64,000 nucleotides of DNA from the human T2T-CHM13v2.0 reference genome, Homo sapiens, in assembly GCF_009914755.1 (NCBI RefSeq), contig NC_060943.1. One strand, written 5' to 3'. How positions within the stretch are numbered: position 1 is the first letter of the stretch; the number at the start of each line of letters is the position of its first letter. Made by a program: the position numbers and the translations under genes. The notes beneath the pieces are model-generated. The model was not told the origin of the DNA. It made no database searches and saw only the letters and a program-made list of their open reading frames with translations. This document shows, piece by piece, positions 37,186-55,059 of the stretch.

Positions 37186-37769
37186 TTAAAAATTAGCCAG
37201 GCATGGTAGTGCATGCTGGTAGTCCCAGCCACTCAAGGGACTGAGGTGGGAGAATCACCTGATCCCAGGAAGGCAAGGTTGCAGTGAGCTATGATTACAC
37301 CACTACACTCCAGCCTGGGCAACAGAGTGAGAACCTGTCTCAAGAAAAAAAATAAATAAATACACAACGTCTTGCTCTGTCACCCAGGCTGGAGAGCAGT
37401 GGTGCAATCACGACTCACCGCAGCCTTGAACTCCTGGGCTCAAGCGATCCTCCTACCTCAGCAACATTGCAAAACCCCCACCTCCACAAAAAATTTTTTT
37501 TTAGTTTAGCTGGGTGCAGTGGTGCACACCTATAGTCCCAGCTACTCAGGAGGCCGAGGCAACAGGATTGCTTGAGCCTGAGAGGACAAGGCTGCCGTGA
37601 GCTCTCAGGGCACCACTGCACTCCAACCTGGGCAACAGAGTGAGACACCATCTCTCAAAATAAAAGAAAAAGAAAGGGGGCACAGACTCTGGAGTCAGAC
37701 TGCCAAGGGCTGAGCCTCAGCTCTACCACTTACCAGCTCTGTAACCTTAAGTTACTTACCCTCTCTCTA

Positions 37770-38783
<1,014 letters not shown>

Positions 38784-39148
38784 CTAGGAAACTATCTCCC
38801 ACGATGCCAGAAAGTGCTGCGGACGCTTGTCTAACGTAATGGGAAAACCGAATGATCAGCTCACTTGTGTCGTTAGCTGGGAGTTTTGGCACAGTTGGGC
38901 AAAAATGGAGGATTGTGGTCCCAAGCCATGGAGTTTCAGACCATGCAAGCTCAGGCCCTCCTTTGCCTCCCTCGATGGCTCGGCTCTTCCCTCCCGCCTC
39001 TTGTCTGCCTCGCTCCTCAGGCTTGAGGAAGAGAATCAGGATTTCCTCCAGGCCCCAGGATGGCTCTTTCAGTTGAAGCGCCAGCAAAAGGCCAGGCGCG
39101 GTGGCTCGTACCTGTAACCCCAGCACTTCGACCGAGGCGGGAGGATCA

Positions 39149-39400
<252 letters not shown>

Positions 39401-39753
39401 TCACGCCGGTAATCCCAGCACTTTGGGAGGCCAAGGCAGGCAGATCACCTGAGGTCAGGAGTTCATGACCAGCCTGGCCAACGTGGTGAAACCCTGTCTC
39501 TACAAAAAATACAAAAATTAGCCGGGCATGGTCGTGCATGCCTGTAAGCCCAGCTATTTGGAAGGCTGAGACAGGAGATTCACTTGAACCCAGGAGGCAG
39601 AGGTTGCAGTGAGTCAAGGTTGAGCCACTGCATTTCAGCCTGGGTGATGGAGCGAGACTCTGTCTCAAAAGAATAAAAAAATAAAAAAGAGGCCAGGTGT
39701 GGTGGCTCATGCCTATAATCCCAGCACTCTGGGAGGCCGAGGTAGGTGGATCA

Positions 39754-40035
<282 letters not shown>

Positions 40036-40116
40036 TCATTGGGGGCTGTCTGCAGTGGATGGGAGAGGACACGGCTGGTGGGGATCGGGCTCAGCTGGGC
40101 CTTTCTGTCTCTGCAG

Positions 40117-40187
40117 GTAGCTCGTAAGCTGGTCATCCTGGAGGGTGAGCTGGAGAGGGCAGAGGAGCGTGCGGAGGTGTCTGAACT
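40117..40187 (+). CDS. TPM4: Tropomyosin 4 exon 5
   Basis: [23 protein letters not shown](L); 71 nt; donor GTGAGT. Confidence 0.99.
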
Positions 40188-41133
40188 GTGAGTGGCAGAA
40201 CAGGACTGAGCGAGGCTGGCTCGATTCCTGGGGCGGAGTGGGAAGGAGCTGGCTGTGTTGGGAATTGGCTCTGACCGGGGTCTCTGCTCAAGTGGACGGG
40301 CGTCAGGGGCTCATGGCTCATCTTTTCTCTTGGCTTCTGTGACAAAGAGGTGGTGACTTGTTCTTACTGCCATGGGAAGCACTGCCCACGTGTTGACCCT
40401 TTCTGCAAAGATATGAGGAAATAGGAGTGAGACAGGAGGCAGCAGGGAAGCCCAGAAGTCCCATTTTCCCAGAGAGGATATCTCAGGGGGCTGTGCCATC
40501 TTAACAGAACACTGACCTGCTCCAGAAGGCAGGCTCCCCCGGTCAGTATGTAAATGCTTTGCTCCTGTCAGTGTTTGGCCGTGACACATTCCTGGCGGGA
40601 AGGTGAGAAGCTTAACCAGAATCCCACAAGCAAGCACCGAAAAACAAAACACCTGTCCTCTTGGCCCCGGGTGAGGAATTCAGCCCCACAGAGCATCCGG
40701 GAGTGCTGAGAGAGATCTGGTTTCACAAATCCACTCCGGGCTTCCTTCCCGGAGTGTCCCCTGCAAACTCCCATTGCTCTCTGCCCGCCTTCTGCCCTCA
40801 GTCCCATTCTTACACCTTCCGGAGTCGGCCTCATCAATCATAGATTTCACAAGTCCTTGCAGCCTTACCCTTGGCAAAAGACCAGGAGTGTTTTCCAAGC
40901 CCTCCAAATACTCTTCGGGCGCACCTCGCCTCTGCCTGGTATGATAAGCCTTTGATAAGCCCATAGTATCACACTGCAGAAAAATCCATTAACATTTTCT
41001 CCCCACATTCCTTCTGCCCCCCACCGGGGGAGCTGTGTAGGTTTCTCCTTTGGAAAATTTATTGTTGGGGCGATTGCTATTATTGCCGGCTGTAAGGGAA
41101 GATAAGACACAAAAATCCTTTGTCTTTGTGCAG

Positions 41134-41209
41134 AAAATGTGGTGACCTGGAAGAAGAACTCAAGAATGTTACTAACAATCTGAAATCTCTGGAGGCTGCA
41201 TCTGAAAAG
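41134..41209 (+). CDS. TPM4: Tropomyosin 4 exon 6b
   Basis: KCGDLEEELKNVTNNLKSLEAASEK; 76 nt; donor AG|GTAGGT. Confidence 0.99.
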
Positions 41210-42395
41210 GTAGGTGGTTGGCTTGAGCTGGAGGGTGGCTTGCTGGACTTTGTTCTTTTCTTCTCCCGAGGGATGCAGGAGCCTGTCAGGTTATGGGGAA
41301 TCTGCCCTTTATTTAACAGTAGCGTTGGTGCCTGGCAGCCAGGGTTTTTCCCCTACAGAAAGAGCTGGATTTCTCCTGCACACTCTTGAGTCCTCTTCCA
41401 TGGGGTCTGAGCACCATCTTTGATCTCCATCTCAGGAGGATAGAGATAGAACATGAGGCTCTTCTTAGCGAGATCTGAGCATAGTTGTATAAATAAATAC
41501 AGAGCCTGCCTCTCACCTGATTCCCCTGGTTCCTCCAGAAATACCATCTCAAAGGTATAGCAATGATCAGAGGTGGAATTGGGCTTTTTAGTTTGAAACA
41601 GCACCCAAAGCAGTTGCTACGTGGCAGCTACGTCGGGAACAAAGGACACACTTCCATGGCCGAACCCCACTGAATTTCCCAGCCTCTTCCTCATTCTTGC
41701 TCCTGCTTTTGCAGTTTCACAGACATTCTTTGTTCTCCCATCACCTCCACCCCCCACTTTTTTTTTTTTTTTTTGAGACAGAGCTTCGCTCTGTTGCCCA
41801 GGCTGGAATTCAGTGGCATGATCATAGTTCATTGCAGCCTTGAACTCCCAGGCTCAAGCGATCCTCCCACCTCAGCCACCACCTGCTATTCACTCAACTG
41901 GGTGTGGCTTTCCTTTTGCTTGATAAACCCCTATTCAGCCTTTTTTTTTCTTTTCTTTTTTTTTGAGACAGGGTCTCACTCTGTCACCCAGGCTGGAGTG
42001 AAGTGGCGTGATCTCAGCTTACTGCAGCCTTCGACTCCCAAGTTCAAGCAATTCTCCCACCTCAGCCTCCCGATTACACGCTAATTTTTATAATTTTTGG
42101 TAGAGATGAGGTTTCACCACATTGGCCAGGCTGGTCTCGAACTCCTGATCTCAAGTGATCTGCCCGCCTCGCCCTCCCAAAGTGCTGGGATTACAGGCAT
42201 GACCCACTGCACCTGGCCTAGAGATGAGATCTTGCTCTGTTGCTTAGGCTGGAAGTGTAGTGGCGTGATCATAGCTCACTGCAGGCCCCAAACTCCTGGG
42301 CTTAAATAATCCTATCACCTCAGCTTCCTGAGTAGTTAGGACTTGCAGGCATGTGCCACTACTCCAAAACTGTATTTTTTTTTTTTTTTTTATAG

Positions 42396-42711
<316 letters not shown>

Positions 42712-43057
42712 TAGGTATTTCTCTGCTGTGTAGCCCTGTCTATACTTTTGCTGGCATTATGATTTCTTACATTTATTATAGTTACTCCATTAATTGCATG
42801 CCTTCCTTGCTAGATTGTAAGTTGTAAGGACAGGAACCATGTCATCTTGTTCAGAGTTGTGTCCCTAGTACTAGCATTGTGCCTGGCATATATCTGTAGT
42901 GTGTGTGTGTAATTTTTTTTTTTTTTTTTTTTTTAGTAGAGATGGTGTTTCACCATGTTGCCCAGGCTGATCTCAAACTCCTGGCCTCGAGTGATCCACC
43001 TGCCTCTGTCTCCCATATGTGCCAGCCCTGGCATATATCTGATACTAGGATGTGTAA

Positions 43058-43264
<207 letters not shown>

Positions 43265-44749
43265 TGAGTAACTGGGAATACAGGCGCACACACCACGCCC
43301 AGCTAATTTTTGTATTTTTAGTAGAGACGGAGTTTCACCATGTTGGCCAGGCTCGTCTCAAACTCCTGACCTCAAGTGATCCACCCACCTCGGCCTCCCA
43401 AAGGGCTGGGATTACAGGTGTGAGCCACTGTGCCCAGCCTGGCATCTGCTCTTGAAGAGCTCAGAGTCGAGTCTAGTGGAAGGGATTGACAAAGTCACAG
43501 AGTGCTTTGGGAATACAATAGAGGGACCTTGGTAGGTTGTGAACGGTGTCACCAAGGAGGCGACATTTAAAACAGCTGTAGGTCCAGCACGGTGGCTCAT
43601 GCCTGTAATTCCAGCACTTTAGGAAGCCGAGGCGGGAGGATCGCTTGAGCTCAGAAGTTCGAGACCAGCCTGGGCAACATGGAGAGATCCCGTCTCTACC
43701 AAAAATACAAAAACTAGCTGGGCATGGTGGTGCATGCTTGTGATCCTAGCTACTTGGGAGGCTGAGGTGAGAGGATCACTTGAGCCTGGAGGGCGGAGGT
43801 TGCATTGAGCCAAGATTGCCCCACTGCACTCCAGAGTCAGGCTTCAGTCATGACTTGATCACTTAATAGCCATGTGACCCTAGGCAAAATAATAACTTCA
43901 CCTTTCTGTGACCCTTTCCTCCCCTATAAAATGGGATTACAGATACCAGGCTGTGATGCCATTAACTATGTCTGGCCCATGGTAAGCAGCTAATAAGTGT
44001 TAGTTATTATTGGGAGGCCGAGGCAGGCGGATCACCTGAGGTCAGGAGTTCGAGAGCAGCCTGGCTGGCCATCGTAGCGAAACCCCATCTCTGCTAAAAA
44101 TAACAAAAATTAGCTGGGCATGGTGGTGGGCGCCTGTAGGCCCAGCTACTTGGGAGGCTGAGTCAGGGGAATTGCTTCAGCCTGGGAGGCAGAAGTTGCA
44201 AGTCACAGTGAGCCGAGATCGTACCACTGCACTCCAGCCTGGGTGACAGAGCAAGATTCTGTCTGAAAAAAAAAAAAAGAAAAGAAAAGTATAATTTCTG
44301 ATGGGTCATCATGGGGAGGGGAACATTCCATGCTAAGGGGTGCATTCATGGACAGGGACTGGGACTCAGGAGTCCACAGATTATGATCAGGGAGTGCCTG
44401 TCACCCTGGGGAAGGTGGTGGAGAATGGGGTTGGAAATACAGAGGGGGCCTTGAGTAACAGATTCCCAGTTATCTCCCTTTCTTCGCCATACTTTTTATC
44501 TCAAGTTCTCAGTTTAGGCCTTCTGATCAATACCATCCTACAGGACTCTCCCCAACATCCTCCACATTTCACACATATTTCTTCTGCTGGGGAAAGGTGC
44601 CTGCCTCTACTCTGCCTACTTTTTTTTTTTTTTCTTTTTGAGATGGAGTCTCACTCCATCGCCCCAGGCTGGAGTGCGGTGGCGCCATCTGGCCTCACTA
44701 CAGCCTCCACCTCCTGGGTTTAAGCAATTCTCATGCCTTAGCCTCCTGA

Positions 44750-45518
<769 letters not shown>

Positions 45519-45623
45519 TGATCCACCAGCCTCAGGCTCCCAAAGTGCCAGGATTCCAGGCATGAGCCACCATGCCTGGCTGGGCCTCCTTTTCTTAAAG
45601 CAGTGTTTTGGTTTCTCCCACAG

Positions 45624-45686
45624 TATTCTGAAAAGGAGGACAAATATGAAGAAGAAATTAAACTTCTGTCTGACAAACTGAAAGAG
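45624..45686 (+). CDS. TPM4: Tropomyosin 4 exon 7
   Basis: YSEKEDKYEEEIKLLSDKLKE; 63 nt; donor GTGAGT; followed by an 85-nt intron. Confidence 0.99.
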
Positions 45687-45771
45687 GTGAGTGTGGTGGC
45701 ACCCAGCGAGCTCTGGTTTCTCCTGGGGCTGGTCTTGAAGCCATGATAGTAACTCCTTTCTTCTTATCTAG

Positions 45772-45841
45772 GCTGAGACCCGTGCTGAATTTGCAGAGAG
45801 AACGGTTGCAAAACTGGAAAAGACAATTGATGACCTGGAAG
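45772..45841 (+). CDS. TPM4: Tropomyosin 4 exon 8
   Basis: AETRAEFAERTVAKLEKTIDDLE; 70 nt, ends in phase 1; donor G|GTATGA. Confidence 0.99.
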
Positions 45842-46069
45842 GTATGAGGTTACCATCTAAATGTTTGCCTTGCCCTGCCTTCCCCTCTGGGACACATCCA
45901 CGGACAGTTGGGGAATGTTTGTGGAGGGGCTGGGTTGGGCTTTGTTTGCCTTAGGAAAGTAAAGCGCATAGTGATGTCATATCTGGATGTCCTGGAACAC
46001 TGGAATAGGATAATGCAAAGCATTCAGGCTTGAATGGCCCTTTTTTTTTTTTTTTTTTTTTTTCTATGA

Positions 46070-46261
<192 letters not shown>

Positions 46262-47177
46262 TAGTCCCATGAGCAAGTATAGAGAAAAGAGTATGGCTCT
46301 CTCTGATTAAAAAAATATTAATAATAAATTAAAAATCTCAGGCCAGGCGCAGTGGCTCAAGCCTGTAATCCTAGCACTTTGGGAGGCCGAGGCGGGCGGA
46401 TCACTTGAAATCAGGAGTTTGAGACTAACCTGGCCAACATGGTGAAACCCCGTCTCTACCAAAAATAGAAAAAATTAGCCAGGCGTGGTGGTGCACGCCT
46501 GTAATCCTAGCTACTGGGGAGGCTGAGGCAGGGAGAATCCCTTGAACCTGGGAGGCGGAGGTTGCAGTAAGCCAAGATCACGCCACAGCTCTCCAGCCTG
46601 GGTGACAGAGCCAGACTCCGTCTCAAAAAAAAAAAAACTTCACAATTTCCTTCTGTTTGCTCATTTCTGATAGATGCCTTGCATTTTTTTTTTACATGCC
46701 TTGCATTTTTGCAGAAGCTCTGTCCCAGGGAGCTCAAAGCTTATCATAGTATTTAAAAAAAAAAACAGAAATACAGAAAGTGTAGGGACTGCAATAAAGA
46801 CTAGTCTGCAAGTCTGGGGCCCACTTCTCCCAGAATTTTTTCAAGAGTTCCAGTGTTTAACATTCGGCCTCAGAAATTCCAGAATCTTGGGGTTCAAATG
46901 GAATCTTCCAAACTGCCCATCCCACCCAGAAAGGACACATTCTTCAGACCATATGTTCCAATGTTTTTTTGGGGAAGTGAGGTTCCCATATAAGGGAAAA
47001 TGCCCCATTCCAAAATACGACCTTTGGACAGGGTGACGTCATTGGAAATCCGAAATAAACTGAGGGGTGGGGACCAGTGGGGGGAAGCTCTGTCACTTCT
47101 GGTTACCACTGTTTTGAAGCTTCATTGTGGCTAATCCCCCTGCAGAACCTCAAACCACTTAGAGATCAACTCCATAG

Positions 47178-47435
<258 letters not shown>

Positions 47436-47574
47436 GAGGCAGCCAGGTCGCTGCCCTCTGTCCTTCTCACATGGTGCCTCCTACGCCCCTGTGGGCTTCT
47501 AGGAGCTCCGGTGGCCTGCCTTCTGGTTTGAACGTCAGAGCCTTCTTCTGATGTGTCTGTGACTCTACAACCGA

Positions 47575-47580
47575 AATAAA
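47575..47580 (+). terminator. TPM4: Polyadenylation signal for exon 9a
   Basis: AATAAA 140 nt after the 9a stop, followed by U/C- and GU-rich sequence. Confidence 0.75.
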
Positions 47581-47759
47581 GACGGGCAGTCCTCCTCTTC
47601 ATGCCCCCTCATTCTCATTTTCTCCACTTGCTGCCTTTGAGCTGTAGCTGTGTGCCCTTAACCATAGCCTGAAACACAAAGTGGGTGGTTAGCCTCTCTC
47701 ACTCACAAATGAAAAGCTTATTACAAAAAGAAAATTATGCCTACAGGATGCTTTTCTGA

Positions 47760-48199
<440 letters not shown>

Positions 48200-49000
48200 T
48201 AGTAGAGACAGGGTTTCACCATGTTGGTCAGGCTGGTCTCAAACTCCTGACCTTGTGATCCGCCTGCCTTGGCCTCCCAAAGTGCAGGGATTACAGGCTT
48301 GAGCCATCACGCCTGGCCATTTTTGTACTTTTTGTAGAAGCGGGAGGGTTTCACTATGTTGCCCAGGCTGGTCTTGAACTGCTGGGCTCAGGCAGTCTGC
48401 CCACCTCACCCTCCCAGGGTGCTGCAATTACAGGCATGAGCCACCGCGCCCATCCCCAATGGTTTTTCCTTAAATAGAAATTGTTGTGAATGGAGGCTCA
48501 TCCTTGTAAACCGCTTAGGCAGCTTAAGAGTCAACAGGGATTTGGAAAAACCAGCAAGCCTGTGTCAAAAATGAGGCTCCCCTTGAATGGGGCTTGAGCT
48601 ACAGATTCAAACAGCGGCAGTGACATTTTGATCTCCATTTCCTCCTTTTCTTGTGTCTTTTCTCTGTGTTACACTGTGAGTGTGGTGACTGGGGCTTCCC
48701 GTGGCTTTACTCTTCACTGTTCATCCAGCTCCCAGTCCTGGGAGGAAGTTCACCTCCACGCCCTGCCCTTAGAAAACTGACTGTACAAGGAGTGAACGGG
48801 CCTCCATGAACAGGGAAAGTGCTGTGACGTCAGAAGACGTGAATTTAGAATTCTTTTCCCGAATTCCAGAATTGCCTGAGACTGCTAACATCAATCTCCA
48901 TTCATATTTCAGTTAGTTATAACAGGAACCTTGCTTTAGTTTAGAATAGCTCTTAAGGTTGACCTGTGGGTAATAAAAGGTCATGCTTTTTCCTACATGA

Positions 49001-49237
<237 letters not shown>

Positions 49238-49269
49238 TAGGCTGGTCTGAAACTCCTGGCCTCAACTGA

Positions 49270-49704
<435 letters not shown>

Positions 49705-50733
49705 TAGTGCATCTGGTTCTCCCCTGCATCCTACCACCACTACCACCTCAAATTATCACAGATAATTGACATTTAGATGTTCAAGCCACATCTTCCAGAC
49801 TACCCCTTGAACCTGGAAATGGCATGAAAATCTCCAACTAGATCCTGAATTTTCGGTATCCATTGTTATTCCTCATCCTATTTTTTTGTCCAGGTGGGAA
49901 GCTCTGTCCCCATTACTCTCTCTATTCATCCATTCCTCCAAAATGCACCTCCCCTAAACCACCTCCACCTTTCCACCCTCAGCCTCTCCCTGCTCCTAAC
50001 TGCCGTCCATCCTGAACTTCTGCAAAAACCATTCCCCTCACACATTGCCATATATATGCCCTTGGAAAGATTACAGACTGTGTAGGGGGCTGGTTTTTGT
50101 TTGGAGTCTGTGTGTTTGTCCCTGGAATTTCTCCAGGCATTTCTGGACTCCACCCTTTGAAGTAACTATGCAGCCTGTCTATCCAGTTATTCTACCTAAC
50201 TAAGCACATAAGTGGAATTTCAGAGATTAGTGCTATGGCCGGGCACGGTGGCTCACGCCTGTAATCCCAACACTTTGGGAGGCCAAGGCAGGCAGGTCAC
50301 TTGAGGTCAGAAGTTCAGGACCAACCTGGTCAACATGGTGAAACTCTGTCTCTACTAAAAATGCAAAAATTAGCCGGGCATGGTCATGGGGGCCTGTAAT
50401 CCCAGCTACTGGGGAGGCTGAGGTGGGAAAATCAATCACTTGAACCTGGGAGGCGGAGCTTGCTGTGAGCCAAGGTCGAACCTTTGTACTCCAGCCTGGG
50501 CGACAGAGTGAGACTCCGCCTCAAAAAAAAAGAAAAGAAAAGAAAAGAGATTAGCACTATGGAGGTCTACACTATCTGTTGATAGTCTGTGAGCCTTGTC
50601 GTGATTCTCAAGGGCAGTTAACACTTTCAGGGAAAGTCATTTTATCTCAGACCTAATAACAAAATAGATGCTAAAGCATCTGAGTGACAAGATGAAGCGA
50701 AGTCAGGATTTGTAGTCAAGAGACCAGGGTTTA

Positions 50734-50859
<126 letters not shown>

Positions 50860-51173
50860 TCATAATAATATTTTATTTTTAAAAAATTTTTTAATAAAAT
50901 AATAAATAAAGAGACCAGGATTTAAAATCCTAGCTCTACTACTTTAACCATGCCAACGTGAACAAGCTGCTTAGGTTTTCTGCAAAATAAAGGTGATATC
51001 TCTGTTATGAGGATTAAATGAGATAATGGAGAAACTGGCTCGTCCAACATAGTCAGCATTCAGTTAACATCTATTCACCCAGACTGGATAGGCCCAGGTC
51101 ACTGATCTGTCTGATAGAATCCTCCCAGGTCATAGTCACTTGACTCTGTGTGTGTGTGTGTGTGTGTGTGTGA

Positions 51174-51804
<631 letters not shown>

Positions 51805-52329
51805 TTACTGCAAACTAAGTTCTCTCTCGTGCTCTGTCACGCATAGCTCTAAATGGCGTCTTTTTTCTCTCTCTCTTTCTTTTTTAATTTAAATTGTTTC
51901 ATCAGCTCAGTTACTTAATAACATGCCTGTAGAATGGCTTAAATTTCGCATTTACCTGGGGTTTGTCTCCGTTCTCCTGGATTCATAGACAGTTACACAA
52001 TTATGTGTATAATTTAAACAGCCATTCCCAGAAGCTCCGAAGGAAAGATGGGTTACAGGATTTTAGATTTAACTATCAAAGGCTCAGGGGCTAATTAACT
52101 AGCACTTGGGTGGAAATTTATATTAAGTCACACATATCTAGGACTGAAATCTTCATGTAGCAGCACGTCATAGGTTCTGAAGTATTTCTCCTTTATTCCT
52201 CATCATAACCCCCACACCACGCATTGATATCGTTACCCCCATTTGACAGACGGGGAAAACAGACCTAGGAAGGTTAGATGCTTACTTAAGTGATACAACT
52301 GGAGCTTAAGTTCAGGTATTCTGACTCAA

Positions 52330-52527
52330 GGGTTACCAGAGTTCACAAGGAAAAATACAGGACACCAACTTAAATCTGAGTTTCAGATAAGCAATGAATA
52401 ATTTTTTAATCATAAGTATATCTCTTGCATAAGTACATCTCATGCAACATTTGGGATATACTTACACTAAAATATTATTTGTGGTTTATCTGAAATTCAA
52501 TTTAACTGGGCGCCCTGCATTTTATCT
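52330..52527. mobile_element. MER53-like palindromic hAT MITE
   Basis: Imperfect inverted arms aaaatacaggacacc..ttaaatctgagtttcagataa / ttatctgaaattcaatttaactgggcgccctgcatttt. Confidence 0.8.
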
Positions 52528-53055
52528 TACAACTGTGACTCCCAAATTTGGTGCTTGTTCCTTAGTATTCTGTGATGTTCTGCTGTAATTAAAAATACAA
52601 AGTACTGGACAGGCATGGTGGCTATAACCCACCTGTATTCCCAGCACTTTGGGAGGCTGAGCAGATGGGTTCCTTGAGCCCAGGAGCTCAAGACCAGCCT
52701 GGGTAACATGGTGAGACCCTGTCTCTAGAAAAAATGCAAAAATTGGCCAGGTGGTGGCATGCACCTGCAGTCCCAGCTATGCGGGAGGCTGAGGTGGGAG
52801 GATCACCTGAGCCCAGGGAGGTCAAGGCTACGGTGATTCGTGATTACGCCACTGCACTTCAGCCTGGACAACAGAGTGAGACCCTGTCTCAAAAAAAAAG
52901 TACTTTCTCTCTTGTGACTTTCACCCTGGCAGTTTCAGGTTTAGAAATCTTTGGGGGGGTGCTGGGCATGGTGGCTCACACCTGTAATCCCAGCACTTTA
53001 GGAGGCCAAGGTGGGTGGATCACTTGAGGTCAAGAGCTCGAGACCAGCCTGGCTA

Positions 53056-53295
<240 letters not shown>

Positions 53296-53335
53296 TTATT
53301 AATTTATCTTTCCCCATACTCTTAATCCTCACCAG

Positions 53336-53418
53336 AGAAACTTGCCCAGGCCAAAGAAGAGAACGTGGGCTTACATCAGACACTGGATCAGACACTAAAC
53401 GAACTTAACTGTATATAA
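53336..53418 (+). CDS. TPM4: Tropomyosin 4 terminal exon 9d, coding part
   Basis: (E)KLAQAKEENVGLHQTLDQTLNELNCI-TAA; completes 248-aa (1b) and 284-aa (1a/2b) frames exactly. Confidence 0.99.
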
Positions 53419-54140
53419 GCAAAACAGAAGAGTCTTGTTCCAACAGAAACTCTGGAGCTCCGTGGGTCTTTCTCTTCTCTTGTAAGAAGTTCCTTTTGTT
53501 ATTGCCATCTTCGCTTTGCTGGAAATGTCAAGCAAATTATGAATACATGACCAAATATTTTGTATCGGAGAAGCTTTGAGCACCAGTTAAATCTCATTCC
53601 TTCCCTTTTTTTTTCAAATGGCACCAGCTTTTTCAGCTCTCTTATTTTTTCCTTAAGTAGCATTTATTCCTAAGGTAGGCAGGGTATTTCCTAGTAAGCA
53701 TACTTTCTTAAGACGGAGGCCATTTGGTTCCTGGGAGAATAGGCAGCCCCACACTTTGAAGAATACAGACCCCAGTATCTAGTCGTGGATATAATTAAAA
53801 CGCTGAAGACCATAACCTTTTGGGTCAACTGTTGGTCAAACTATAGGAGAGACCAGGGACCATCACATGGGTAGGGATTTTCCATCCAGAGCCAATAAAA
53901 GGACTGGTGGGGGCCGGGGGTGGCTATTGTGGGAAGTCATAACCCACAGATAGATCAACCTAAGAATCCTGGCCCTTCTCCACTCTCCACCATGCAGGAC
54001 AAACATCTTCTCAAGCAGTCAACGTAGAATGCTTGGGAAATAGTCATAATTACCCACATATAGTAATTAATAGATGGTAATTAATTGATCCTTGATGTGA
54101 TGTTCTTTTGCATATTTCCTTCATTCTAAAGTTGTTCCCT

Positions 54141-54565
<425 letters not shown>

Positions 54566-55053
54566 CTATTAGCAGAAAGGGCCTCTCTGGCAGCAGAGAT
54601 TAAAAACTGGCCCAACTTCATTTCCATACTTCAGGGAACAGCAAATTGAGGATTTACTTATCTAGGACTTGAATTCCTTCTTTGGGACCAAGTTAATAAA
54701 AGACCAAGAAACTCCTGATTAAACTGGATAATGAAGGATTCTGTAGACAGGGCTGCACGTATCGGCTTTGTTTGACTTCTCTTTTCTCAGTTAACATCTC
54801 AGAGCTAGAACATTCCACATTCCCCAGCAGCGTGTGGGGGCTGACTAAAGTTTACAATTCCAACTAAAAATCACCCTGCTTCTGGCTTATCTGAATCCCT
54901 TACCCACCCCACCCCACCACCCTACTCCTATTTATTCAGCACCACACTACCCAGGAAATACACTAGCAAATTGTGCAATGGAATAAAATCCACACTTTAG
55001 ATTCTTGCAACTGTATCATATGTAATAGTATCACTTTTTCTACATTTTGGTCA

Positions 55054-55059
55054 AATAAA
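55054..55059 (+). terminator. TPM4: Distal polyadenylation signal of TPM4
   Basis: AATAAA with upstream TGTA elements and downstream U/GU-rich sequence; another AATAAA at 54982-54987. Confidence 0.75.

Noticed and set aside
53375-53396. atcagacact repeated at 12-nt spacing in exon 9d
   Set aside because: It only reflects the QTL-D-QTL coding repeat.
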